Source: Octopus bimaculoides (Eukaryota). From it: a stretch of 35,715 nt of DNA. Below the pieces are notes generated by a model, which was not told where the DNA came from, did not search any database, and was given only the letters and a program-made list of their open reading frames with translations. Below are positions 22,721-32,620 of the stretch, in pieces. Where the stretch lies: assembly GCF_001194135.2 (NCBI RefSeq), contig NC_068983.1, positions 76,588,569-76,624,283 of the forward strand, given 5' to 3'. Position 1 is the stretch's first letter, and every line of letters starts with the position of its first letter. Made by a program: the position numbers and the translations under genes.

Positions 22721-24182
22721 TCTATAACTATCTCTAATTTGAATTGTCATACGTCCTGCCTCACTCTGTTTCTGCGAGAAATTTACATTAACGTGACGCG
22801 CATGTATCCATGTATGTATATTTGTATGGGAGCAGTAATGCGTGAGTAAATACCTCTGTATGTATGTATGTATGTACGTATGTATGCATGTATGTATGTC
22901 TCTTACTGTTTTAAATTGTTTTCTTAGCAGCATTCAATCCGGTCACTAACCGATTGGCGAAAACTTTGTTCAAGGTGTAAGTAAAATATTTTTGTTAGGA
23001 TTTCTAGTTATTGCAACTGCATGATGCATGCACAAATGCTTGTGGGCATTTATGCCTGCGTGCGGAAAAAACTTGGCTTCGACTAGTAGTTGTGTGAGTC
23101 ACGCTGAAACACAAAGGCGAATGGTTCATTGCTGTTTGTGTTAGTGCATTTTTGTGTATCCCGCATGTGAATGTAATTATGTGTAAATTCATGTATGTAT
23201 GTATCAAATTATATTGATATATGTATACAGATTAATGCATTTATCTGCTCACAAGTATTTGCAAGAATAGATGCAATTTGATTTATACATCAGAATGTCG
23301 TAATTTAGGAAGGTGGGCGTAAAAATATTGAACGTTTATGCAGCTTGTTGTGAGGGTAAAAATGCTCACTTCTCAATCACGTTTGCTGTTACTGCGAAAC
23401 ATCGTGAGCAAGTTAGACTAAACTCACAAGTCACGTCAAATATTGTGAATGCAATTAGGTAGAGGTAAACTATGGGGAAGCCCATCAAATTGACTGAATT
23501 TGCAATGGAAAGGTTTAGCCTTTACACACACGTCATCACATTGATTCTATCACTCTAAGGTATTAGTGATACCTGACGTTCTTGTTGTGTGACGACAATA
23601 AGCAATTGGCAAGCCTTCATTGAAAATAATATATTTTGAATTTTCCGTATGGCAATAAAATTCCGATTCCCGTTTACCATTGCCAAATCGGTTGATATTT
23701 ACCAGGCAGATAGGTGGACTCGTGTTTGTGAAACGTCACACAAAGGGTAATCCATTATGACCCAGGGCATCACATTACATGTTACACAGGATCGAAGAGT
23801 ATGAAGCTGTACATAGTGACCTGCACCATGACGAGATTCGTGGTCTCTCTGTGTCATAGATTCTACGACCGCATGTGCCAGTCAAGCATTGAGCAGTATA
23901 AACATATATTCATCTATATATGAAGCAGCAAATGTATACCAATGTATACATTGGTGTATGCGTGTATGTGCATAATCATGTCCTAGGTTAATTATTTTAT
24001 ATCTTCGTCGAGTAATGAAAAACCTCGTATCCAACACTGAAATCGTTTTGATTCTAATTTAAGCAATATCGATTTCATTGACCTGTACGTATGTATCATG
24101 TATACATTTCATGTCTATATCTTTATCTCTGCGTGTTGTTTGTCTGTCTGTTGTGTCTATGTGTGTGTCTGTATTGTGTCTT

Positions 24183-24230
<48 letters not shown>

Positions 24231-24234
24231 CATG

Positions 24235-24759
24235 CATCTCTTTTATTCTTTTACTTGTTTCGGTCATTTGACTGCTGTAATGCTGGAGCACCGCATTNNN
24301 NNNNNNNNNNNNNNNNNNNNNNNNNNNNNNNNNNNNNNNNNNNNNNNNNNNNNNNNNNNNNNNNNNNNNNNNNNNNNNNNNNNNNNNNNNNNNNNNNNNN
24401 NNNNNNNNNNNNNNNNNNNNNNNNNNNNNNNNNNNNNNNNNNNNNNNNNNNNNNNNNNNNNNNNNNNNNNNNNNNNAAGTGACGGGTCCATAAACACACC
24501 AGCGTCGGTTCTTATGTAATGCTAGGGGGACAAACACAGACACTAACACACGCACACACACACACACACACACACACGTATATGCATACACATATATACA
24601 ACGGACTTCTTTCAGTTTCCGTCTACCAAATCAACTCACAAGGCTTTGGTCGGCCCGAGGCTATAGTAGACACTTGCCCAAGATACCACGCAGTGGGACT
24701 GAACCCAGAACCATGTGGTTGGTAAGCAAGCTACTTACCACACAGCTACTCCTGCGCCT
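24235..24759 (-). mobile_element. tRNA-derived SINE with internal (GT)n, interrupted by an assembly gap
   Basis: Minus strand: A-box TAGCTGTGTGG (24738-24748), B-box GGTTCAGTCCC (24695-24705), body gggcaagtgtc...gaccaaagccttgtg...ggtagacggaaactgaaagaag, 3' end gaccgaaacaagtaaaagaataaaag. Confidence 0.85.
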
Positions 24760-24814
24760 ATGTATGTATATGCATTTCTTTGTGTGTATATATATATATA
24801 TATACACATACATA

Positions 24815-25644
24815 CAAGAGGTGATGGGAGAATTTATCGTCACTCTACATTTTTAATATCATGCATACGCATTCTTTATTTTTGATTTTGTCGACTACCA
24901 GTATAGTAGGGCCAACTAGACACCTTCTGTTAGAATAAACAGCACCATGACGCATTCACTCTGCTAAAAATTTGGAAATGCCGTAGTGTCCTGCTTGGTT
25001 TACGCGGCGGAAGCTCCAATACGAACATTTCAGGATGTTTGCGTGTCAATCTCATACAGCGTAATCTGAGGACATGTTTCGAGATTGATAAAATCAAACA
25101 TTTAGTCAACATCATGGTGTTTGGAGTGATCACTAGCGATGGCAACGTTATCCCTCCGTTCATCGTCCCACTCATCCTCAAACTCAACACAAAGGCCGAC
25201 ATCAATTGCCTGGAGGTGGTAGTGCTGCCCTGGGTCAAGAGGGTGGCTACTGGAAGACCCTATATCAGGCAATCTCTGCGACTACATCACACCTAACATC
25301 TGGCCACCTAACTCGCCAGACTTCACCCCCTGTTGATTATTATTTGTGGGGCGCAGTTGAGCGACAGACCAACAAAACTCCGTGTAACACCAAAGATGAA
25401 CTGAAATGAAAGATTATGGCAACATTCACCAACATAAACAAGAAGAACGTCCAGAGGAGTTGTAGGAGATTGTGGACGCTGTGGTTGAAGCCAATGGTGA
25501 TTTTATTGAATAAATTTACTCTTTAATATTTCAAGATACTTTTTATGTAATTTTGGTAAATATATATATATATCTATTAAAATGAGTTGACAGCGTTATT
25601 TTCATTTTTGCGTAATTTAGACGACACTTTATTCACGCACCTTG
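24815..25644 (+). mobile_element. Internally deleted maT-type mariner copy with both degenerate TIRs
   Basis: Homologous to 5225-6334: KHLVNIMVFGVITSDG...LNT...WVKRVATG and YITPNIWPPNSPD...DYYLWGAVERQTNKTPCNTKDELK. Ends are ta|CAAGAGGTGATGGGAG and cacgcacCTTG; about 830 bp. Confidence 0.85.
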
Positions 25645-25670
25645 AACATATATATATATATATATATATA

Positions 25671-25954
25671 TTAAATGAATTCTTTTATTTCAAACATATG
25701 TTTCGAAGATTACAAATTATACCTTCCATAGGAATAGGTGATGTTGATAAGGATGTAATCTTCTCTTCAGGGAAATGCATGGGGACCAGCTTAACGGTAA
25801 GACATTTTAACCGGTTAAAATATCTTACGGTTAAGCAGGTTCCCATGCATTTCCCTGAAGAGAAGATTACATCCTTATCAACATTACCTATTTCTATGGA
25901 AGTTATAATTTGTAATGTTCGAAACATATGTTGGAAATAAAAGAATTCATTTAA
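25671..25954. repeat. Spacer-less 284-bp palindrome (142-bp arms), probable foldback/MITE
   Basis: Centre ttaacc|ggttaa at 25812/25813. The arms align without gaps, with 9 mismatches in 142; both strands give near-identical ORFs in the track. Confidence 0.95.
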
Positions 25955-26133
25955 CATATGCGTTTTACTCCATTTACTAAATTTATATATTTACTCAAGT
26001 ACCCGAAATAACAAGGAGTTTCTACCTCATAAACAGGAGTTACACCACAGTCATTTTGTGATTTTGCTACCCTGGTATCTATTAACCAATTTATTTTGTC
26101 CGAGTTAATTATTAATTTAGAGAAAATAAATAC

Positions 26134-26136
<3 letters not shown>

Positions 26137-26174
<38 letters not shown>

Positions 26175-26196
26175 TCTATATATCTATATATATCTA

Positions 26197-26243
<47 letters not shown>
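26137..26243. repeat. (AAT)n followed by (TATC)n microsatellite at gap edge
   Basis: Read directly. Confidence 0.95.
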
Positions 26244-27626
26244 NNNNNNNNNNNNNNNNNNNNNNNNNNNNNNNNNNNNNNNNNNNNNNNNNNNNNNNNN
26301 NNNNNNNNNNNNNNNNNNNNNNNNNNNNNNNNNNNNNNNNNNNNNNNNNNNNNNNNNNNNNNNNNNNNNNNNNNNNNNNNNNNNNNNNNTATATATATAT
26401 ATATGCATTTTACAAGCTAAATTTCAAGCGTGTCCTGGTCTCATTTCTGACGTGGGCTTGTAATTTCTTAATTAGTCGAAACCTCTCTAACTTCGCAAAG
26501 CCTTCTGATGTTGCTAGTGGAATAATCAATTCCTGAATAATTAGTGTCAAAATCTAAAGTATTGCATATTCTATGCAGATTTCGCATTAGTTAGATGTTT
26601 CGGTTTATTTCAACATTAACTCTATGTAAACGTCTGATGGACAACAAATTACAATTATGCGCACATTTTATTTTCCTTCTCCCACTTCATTATGAGTGGT
26701 CTGCTAATATCCCTTCATTCTACAGAGATTTTAACCAGATCATTGAGACATTATTCATTGTTTTATCGATGATATTGTTTTTGATGTTCACGACATTGCA
26801 TTCTCTATGATTTTGGCTACTAGATAAGAGTTGCTAAATATTGAATTTTGGGCTTATACTAACTAATGTTTGGTTATGATTTGCCGTATTTTCAATTCTT
26901 AAAACTACACATACTGCACCGGTCTCGGCGTCGTTATTTAACTTGCATATCCAGCATGAATTCGGTTGTTTTGATGCCTACATTAAACAAGCATACACTT
27001 CAAAAGAAATGTAATAAAGATTAACGCTGACAATTATGAAATGCATTTCTGTTCAATGTGGAAATTTCTGACAGCATAATCATACATGAACTTCTCATTT
27101 ACTTTCTTTGATATTGTAGTATACCTTTGCAAAAAATCTCAGTTCTTATTCCTAATCATAAGTCAAGGAATGACTTCAGAGGGTTTACTTTCGAAAACAC
27201 CTTCATGCATTGACCTAAATTAGGATTATTTTTTCTACGTATGAATTTAATAATTTGTGGTTATTACGTCTGTGTATGGAAGTTATTTATGCATGTATGT
27301 ACTTATGATCGTTCCTCTTGACATATTTCTACTCTATATCTGTTTCTGTATTATTTTTCTCTTTCATATTTCAAATACATCGCTAGCACAATGTTGTTCA
27401 CTAACGCAGGAAAAAGTCATTCATAAGATTATACAGAATGTTACCTCGGTAGTAATGTACTAATACCTATGTGCAGGACTATAAACATTACAGAAAAAAA
27501 TTACAATATTAACATCATACAGAAGACTACTGAGTGTGATGAAAAATATGTTTTCACCGTACGAAGATCAAGAACGACAAATATATACTCAGCGTTTCAT
27601 ATTGCGAATGTAAGTATCTGTTGATA

Positions 27627-28200
27627 TGAGATGGTATCAAAAGGTTCCCAGACTAGTTACGTTTAAGGAAAAATAACTTATTTATCTAAGTTTTTACATC
27701 ATCTCCTTCGAAATAGTTATCATGCGCAGCAATACATTGGTGCCACCGTTCCTGAAACTTTTGAAATCCAGCTTGAAAGTCATTTTCCGTGGGCACGTCG
27801 AGTGCCTTCTGCGATTCGCTTTGGACCTCGACAATGGTGTTAAAACGGCGAAGTTTGAGCTGCGTTTTCCTCTTGGAGAAGAGATGGAAGTCTGCAGGGG
27901 CTACATCTGGCGAATAGGGAGTGTCGTAAGTGATACACTGTTGTTTTGGGCGAGAAAGGCACAAGTAAAAAGAGCTCGGTGAAGTATGTAATTCTTCGCG
28001 CTCCACTGATCGGGTCGCTTTCGCCGAATGCTCGACGTTTCAAAACGTCGTATTAGAGCTCTCAATCGACGGTCTGGTCTCGGGGGACGAATACTCGATG
28101 TAAAATACCACATTTTTGACGGTGACGCTCGTGGCAGATCTTTCAAATCGCTTATCATCTTTCAGGGACGTTCTTCTGCCTTTTAAGCGCCTGTCCCCCG
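27627..28200 (-). mobile_element. Classical mariner (DD34D-type) relic, internally deleted; 5' end in gap
   Basis: Peptides GRRTSLKDDKR...TSVT, IRRKRPDQWSAKNYILH, PYSPDVAPADFHLF and RWHQCIAAHDNYFEGD. Terminus ta|TGAGATGGTATCAAAAGGTTCCCAGACTAG at 27627. Confidence 0.9.
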
Positions 28201-28348
28201 NNNNNNNNNNNNNNNNNNNNNNNNNNNNNNNNNNNNNNNNNNNNNNNNNNNNNNNNNNNNNNNNNNNNNNNNNNNNNNNNNNNNNNNNNNNNNNNNNNNN
28301 NNNNNNNNNNNNNNNNNNNNNNNNNNNNNNNNNNNNNNNNNNNNNNNN

Positions 28349-28381
<33 letters not shown>

Positions 28382-29599
28382 TATGTATATATATATATAT
28401 CCATGTATGTACATATATCTATCTATCTATATGTATATATATATGTATATGTATATACATTTTCCTGTTGCTACTGTGCGTGTGATTGTGTGTCTCTAAG
28501 TATAAGTGACCTGATAACAATGACATTTCATGTGTCACTATTGGCATAAAACAGCAAACTCTTTAGAGATATGTAATTGTATTACTCTCTAAGAAAGTGC
28601 GCGTGATATACTTTTGTTCTTAGTTGCCATTGCTCCGCTTATCAAATTCTAACCATGTTAGCATATATAAAATGCATGATGAGTGTTGATTTCTGAATGA
28701 ACATGAAATCAACATCTTTCTGTACCTGGATCCAATTTCATTCAAAGAGTGATTGGAACTTTTCTGAGTTTTGAGAATGTTTTCATAATTTTGTATCTGA
28801 TACTACACATAGTCTTCACTTCCTTCTTATATTGTTTTGATTTTGCTTTGTTTTTGTGTTTTTCATTTGTATGTAATCTTATAGATACATTTCATTCTAG
28901 TTATCTGTATACGTGATATAAATCCGCGTTGACTTAATATTGTAGCACCTCAAGAAAACAAAGCCAAGCCCACAGAAAATATAACGAAAGCTTACAGTTG
29001 CATTCCTATTTATCGATATATGGATCAATAAACAAATTCTGTAATGCACACGGTCACTTCAGCTACGAAACCCCGTCACCTATTTCTTTTACAGAATGAA
29101 GCATGTTTCCTATTTCACAGCCACTTATCTGACTTCTCTTTCTCAATGTTAATCATCTTTCTTCTGCTCGGTCAGATTCAGGTCCATCCAACCAGTTTGA
29201 TGTTGTCGCTATTATTGATCAGATATGAATGCGAATATCCTATAAAGTGAACTTTGTATGGAATTCTTTCTTCTCATTCTAATCTGAGGCCGGATTTCAT
29301 TGGTTGATGGATCTTTATCTACCTTGGATGATTTTAACTGGATTGGCCCTTGTAACATTAACTCCGGCATGCTTAAGCACCAACCAATCGCATTTTCTAT
29401 CTTTCTTATAGTAATCACAATATATCTTGTCAACTGTTGATCATTAATGCGACATATATCCGTTTGCATATCTGTATGTCCATAGTTATAATATATCTGC
29501 ATGTGTATACCTACTTATGCATTACTCTTTCTCTTCGCCTGTTTAACTCTTCTCACTTCCCCTCTCTCTCTCTCTATGTATAATCACATAAACATATAC

Positions 29600-29643
29600 C
29601 TATATACATACATACATACTACATACATACATACATACATACA

Positions 29644-29695
<52 letters not shown>

Positions 29696-29915
29696 NNNNN
29701 NNNNNNNNNNNNNNNNNNNNNNNNNNNNNNNNNNNNNNNNNNNNNNNNNNNNNNNNNNNNNNNNNNNNNNNNNNNNNNNNNNNNNNNNNNNNNNNNNNNN
29801 NNNNNNNNNNNNNNNNNNNNNNNNNNNNNNNNNNNNCACACACACATACACACACACACTCACGCACACACACACACACACACACTCTCTCTCTCTCTCA
29901 CACACACACACACCT
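29600..29915. repeat. (CATA)n(TA)n [gap] (CA)n(CT)n compound microsatellite
   Basis: Read directly on both sides of gap 29696-29836. Confidence 0.9.
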
Positions 29916-30366
29916 AATGAAAGAAGTCTATAAAATATATTGCTTCTAAATGTTCTACAATAATATTTAAATAACAATCCAATAACTATAATACCTATTG
30001 ATTAGCACCGTCATTACACCACTAAACACTATATATTTAAGATTCTTCGTACCCAGTAAGTCCTAGTGATAAAGTAATGTCTTCTGTGTGTTTGTTGGAT
30101 TCGTAATGAACTACTCGTTGCTGAAGACATAAATTATCATGATATTTAACTTAATTGTTTATCTGCGCTGCTCCACATTTTCCGCTGCGCGTCACTTTAT
30201 AGCTATAACTATTACATGTATGAAAGAAAACGCCTTTCATTTCTAGGCGATCGAGCATATTGACAATTCAAATTTTGATCAGTTAGAACTTCTTTCATTA
30301 TCAATAATTCCAATGATAGACTTTTTATTTGGTACGAGTAGGATATTTTCTGATTAAGTTGATTAC

Positions 30367-30567
30367 TTCCACTTTGTTACAATGTGAAGCTTTATGCCAA
30401 ATTGTACAACCATTGTATTATATACTACACCTAACAAAATGTTTTCAGTTGCGAATTTTTTTAAATACAAATCTGTTGTAATTCGAATTTGGTGAAAAAT
30501 TTCCCACTCTTTCTTGGTGTCAAGAACTTCGCACATTTTCCGTACAAACAACAATTGTTGACATTTA
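30367..30567 (-). CDS. Candidate 201-nt symmetric (phase 2-2) internal exon, product unknown
   Basis: Acceptor gcgtcttttcttccgcag|T at 30568/30567. Open frame KCQQLLFVRKMCEVLDTKKEWEIFHQIRITTDLYLKKFATENILLGVVYNTMVVQFGIKLHIVTKW. Donor-like AA|GTAATC at 30367/30366. I recognise no homology. Confidence 0.25.
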
Positions 30568-30687
30568 CTGCGGAAGAAAAGACGCGTACAAATAGCATTC
30601 AGAAAACTACTTATACGATTTTACTCTGAATAAAATTTTAACCATGAGAAAATTCTTTCTTCTATTCCAAGATGTCTAACATTACGT

Positions 30688-30706
30688 ATTATCATTATTA
30701 TTATTA

Positions 30707-30789
<83 letters not shown>

Positions 30790-30803
30790 GTTATTATCAT
30801 AAT

Positions 30804-30877
<74 letters not shown>
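30688..30877. repeat. (TAT)n then (TAC)n tract, reading (TAG)n(TAA)n on the minus strand
   Basis: Read directly; it explains the poly-Y ORF. Confidence 0.97.
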
Positions 30878-30880
<3 letters not shown>

Positions 30881-31950
30881 CAGATCCTTTTATTTACTTA
30901 ATTGGTTAAATTCCGTTACAAATATATTTTTATGAGTGGGAACACTTGCATCTGTTAGCCTACAAGTATTTTCGTCCCTGTCTATAACGGCTGTATCTGA
31001 TCGATTAGCCTGGATCATTGTGTCGGTGTTGACTGGAAAATCTCAATTTATAGTGGCATTTTAACCTTCAACGATTGGCTGAGTATGACGTTCATGCCAG
31101 TAAGCTGGAGAGCTGATTTTGTAGTGTTTACATATTTTCCAATATAAATACTGTCCAAACCCAACAGTACCGATTTTTGTATTCGTTTTGTGTCAGCACA
31201 GGATACCGTTGAGACGATACGGTCTATTGTTTAATCCAATCTGTCACAGAATCTGGATTTAGGGTCAGAACCGTTTTGAAGAACGTTAGACCTGCTAGTT
31301 TTTGGTAATCAAGCTTTGATCTTGTGGCACCACTATGAAAACATCAGACTCTGCTTTCAGTCCTGAGATTCTTAGCTCCTGATGGGTTGTTGCTTGGTCT
31401 ACATCAGCATTTCTGCTTCGAAGACTATACTGTCAATGCAGAGGCTTCTAGATCCACCACTCCTGAATGTTTTTCTGCCCGTTCTTTTTTGCAGTCTGTG
31501 TGATCCATTTTGCTTTATTCGTGGCATTGGTTTCAGATTCTTCTTCTGATTCAGAGTTAATCCCAAGTTCCTTTGCGAATTTGCAAGCTTCCTTGACAAA
31601 AGAATGTGATTTTTTGCTGCTTTCGTGTTTGCCCACAAGCTGCAGCATTCAGGCCTTTGTAGTAGATAAGTATGTGCTCATTGCTATTGTGGAGGTCTTA
31701 TAGCAATGTTTACCTGCATCATTCTTCGTCCCCCATTATTTCGAGGTAGGTACAGACGATCAGCATTTGCTTTGGGTGATGCATGTTCTTAGAAGTTGGT
31801 ATTTTTCTTGTCTTCCTGTCCAGGCGTTGGAGTTCTGTAGGATTCTGTTTAATTATGTTAAAACTGTATTGGACTACTAGAATTTAATGTTTACGATACG
31901 ATGTTAGGTGTTGAGTTCAATCTTTAATATGAATCGTATTCTTCTGTAAA
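30878..31950 (-). mobile_element. R4/Dong-clade non-LTR retrotransposon fragment (post-RT region, CCHC knuckle, restriction-like endonuclease)
   Basis: ELQRLDRKTRK...HHPK.A..DRLYLPR..GG, GLKAESD.FI...QDQSL.T, decayed CCHC (S)RFCDRLD*TID(R)IVS, YWKICKHY and W/DFPV.TD...ANRSD..VID...C...D.SVP...LSK*KDLE. Many stops and frameshifts. Confidence 0.85.
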
Positions 31951-31964
31951 TACTGTCCAACCCT

Positions 31965-32200
31965 ATAGTGCTGATTTTGTATTCGTTTGGTGTCAGCACA
32001 GGATCTTGTGCCACCACGTATTTTTTTCCATCATAGTAGCAAGTATTTATAGCTTGCGTGCGAGTCATGCTCCTTGATAGTAGTGTCGGTATGTAATTTA
32101 ATGGAAGCTGTTTGCTTGAGCGTTCCTCTTACAAAAGTTCCGTTAGTACACTTATCAAGAGGAAAATCCTTCCCAATGCCATTGCTGAACTCTAACAGTT
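31965..32200 (-). mobile_element. Second R4-clade fragment: end of the RT domain joined to a piece near the CCHC region
   Basis: FSNGIGKDFPLDKC...FVRGTLKQT.SIKL.TDTTIKE....SYKYL; 31965-32020 resembles 31146-31203 and 31318-31335. Confidence 0.7.
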
Positions 32201-32242
32201 AACAGCCCTAGAAGCTCTTGTTCACAGCTCTATCAGTAAACG

Positions 32243-32327
32243 GATAGTTTACAGATAGTTTACAGATATTTTACATCTGATAGTTTACAGATATTTCACA
32301 TCTGATAGTTTACAGATATTTTACATT
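32243..32327. repeat. 25-bp minisatellite, ~3.4 copies (GATAGTTTACAGATATTTTACATCT)
   Basis: Units start at 32254, 32279 and 32304, with a partial unit at 32243. Confidence 0.9.
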
Positions 32328-32339
32328 TTGAACCCATAC

Positions 32340-32620
32340 CTGGTACTCTCATTTATTTCTCCATCAATTTATTCATTTTCAAAATCCCCAAGTATTTATA
32401 ACCCGTCCCTTCTATCTGATTCATAAATACCCCGACGGTTTCGTTAGTCGTTCCATACATTTAATTTTGCTTTTCTCCAATATTAACACACCGCACTTTG
32501 TCAGTCCGAACTCCATTCTGAAATCAGCACTGAAAGTCTACACCGTATCAGCGATTGTCAGGGCATCATTCACAGACACATTTCGGTATTTCACCTGATA
32601 AATGTTTTCTCAATAACACT
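32340..32620 (-). mobile_element. R4-like RT fragment of a different subfamily
   Basis: TFSADFRMEFGLTKCGVLILEK...GYKYLGI-like motif on the minus strand, with frameshifts. Confidence 0.6.

Noticed and set aside
25587-25957. Near-identical ORFs on both strands
   Set aside because: A consequence of the palindrome; no evidence of coding function.
26460-26510. Second hammerhead-like string CTGACGTGGGCT...AGTCGAAAC
   Set aside because: The core is CTGACGT rather than CTGANGA, and there is no stem III or cleavage triplet.
29212-29502. 96-aa minus-strand ORF
   Set aside because: It starts in low-complexity sequence and has no recognisable motif.
597-29977. Long ORFs containing X runs or poly-YI/HT/CV/LS/K/R/Y tracts
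   Set aside because: They are created by the N-gaps (677-1329, 4709-5224, 7183-7944, 15090-15648, 20982-21228, 24298-24476, 26244-26389, 28201-28348, 29696-29836) and by microsatellites; they are not genes.
10647-32327. Repeats checked as possible CRISPR arrays
   Set aside because: No constant repeat with unique spacers, no cas genes, and the context is animal DNA.
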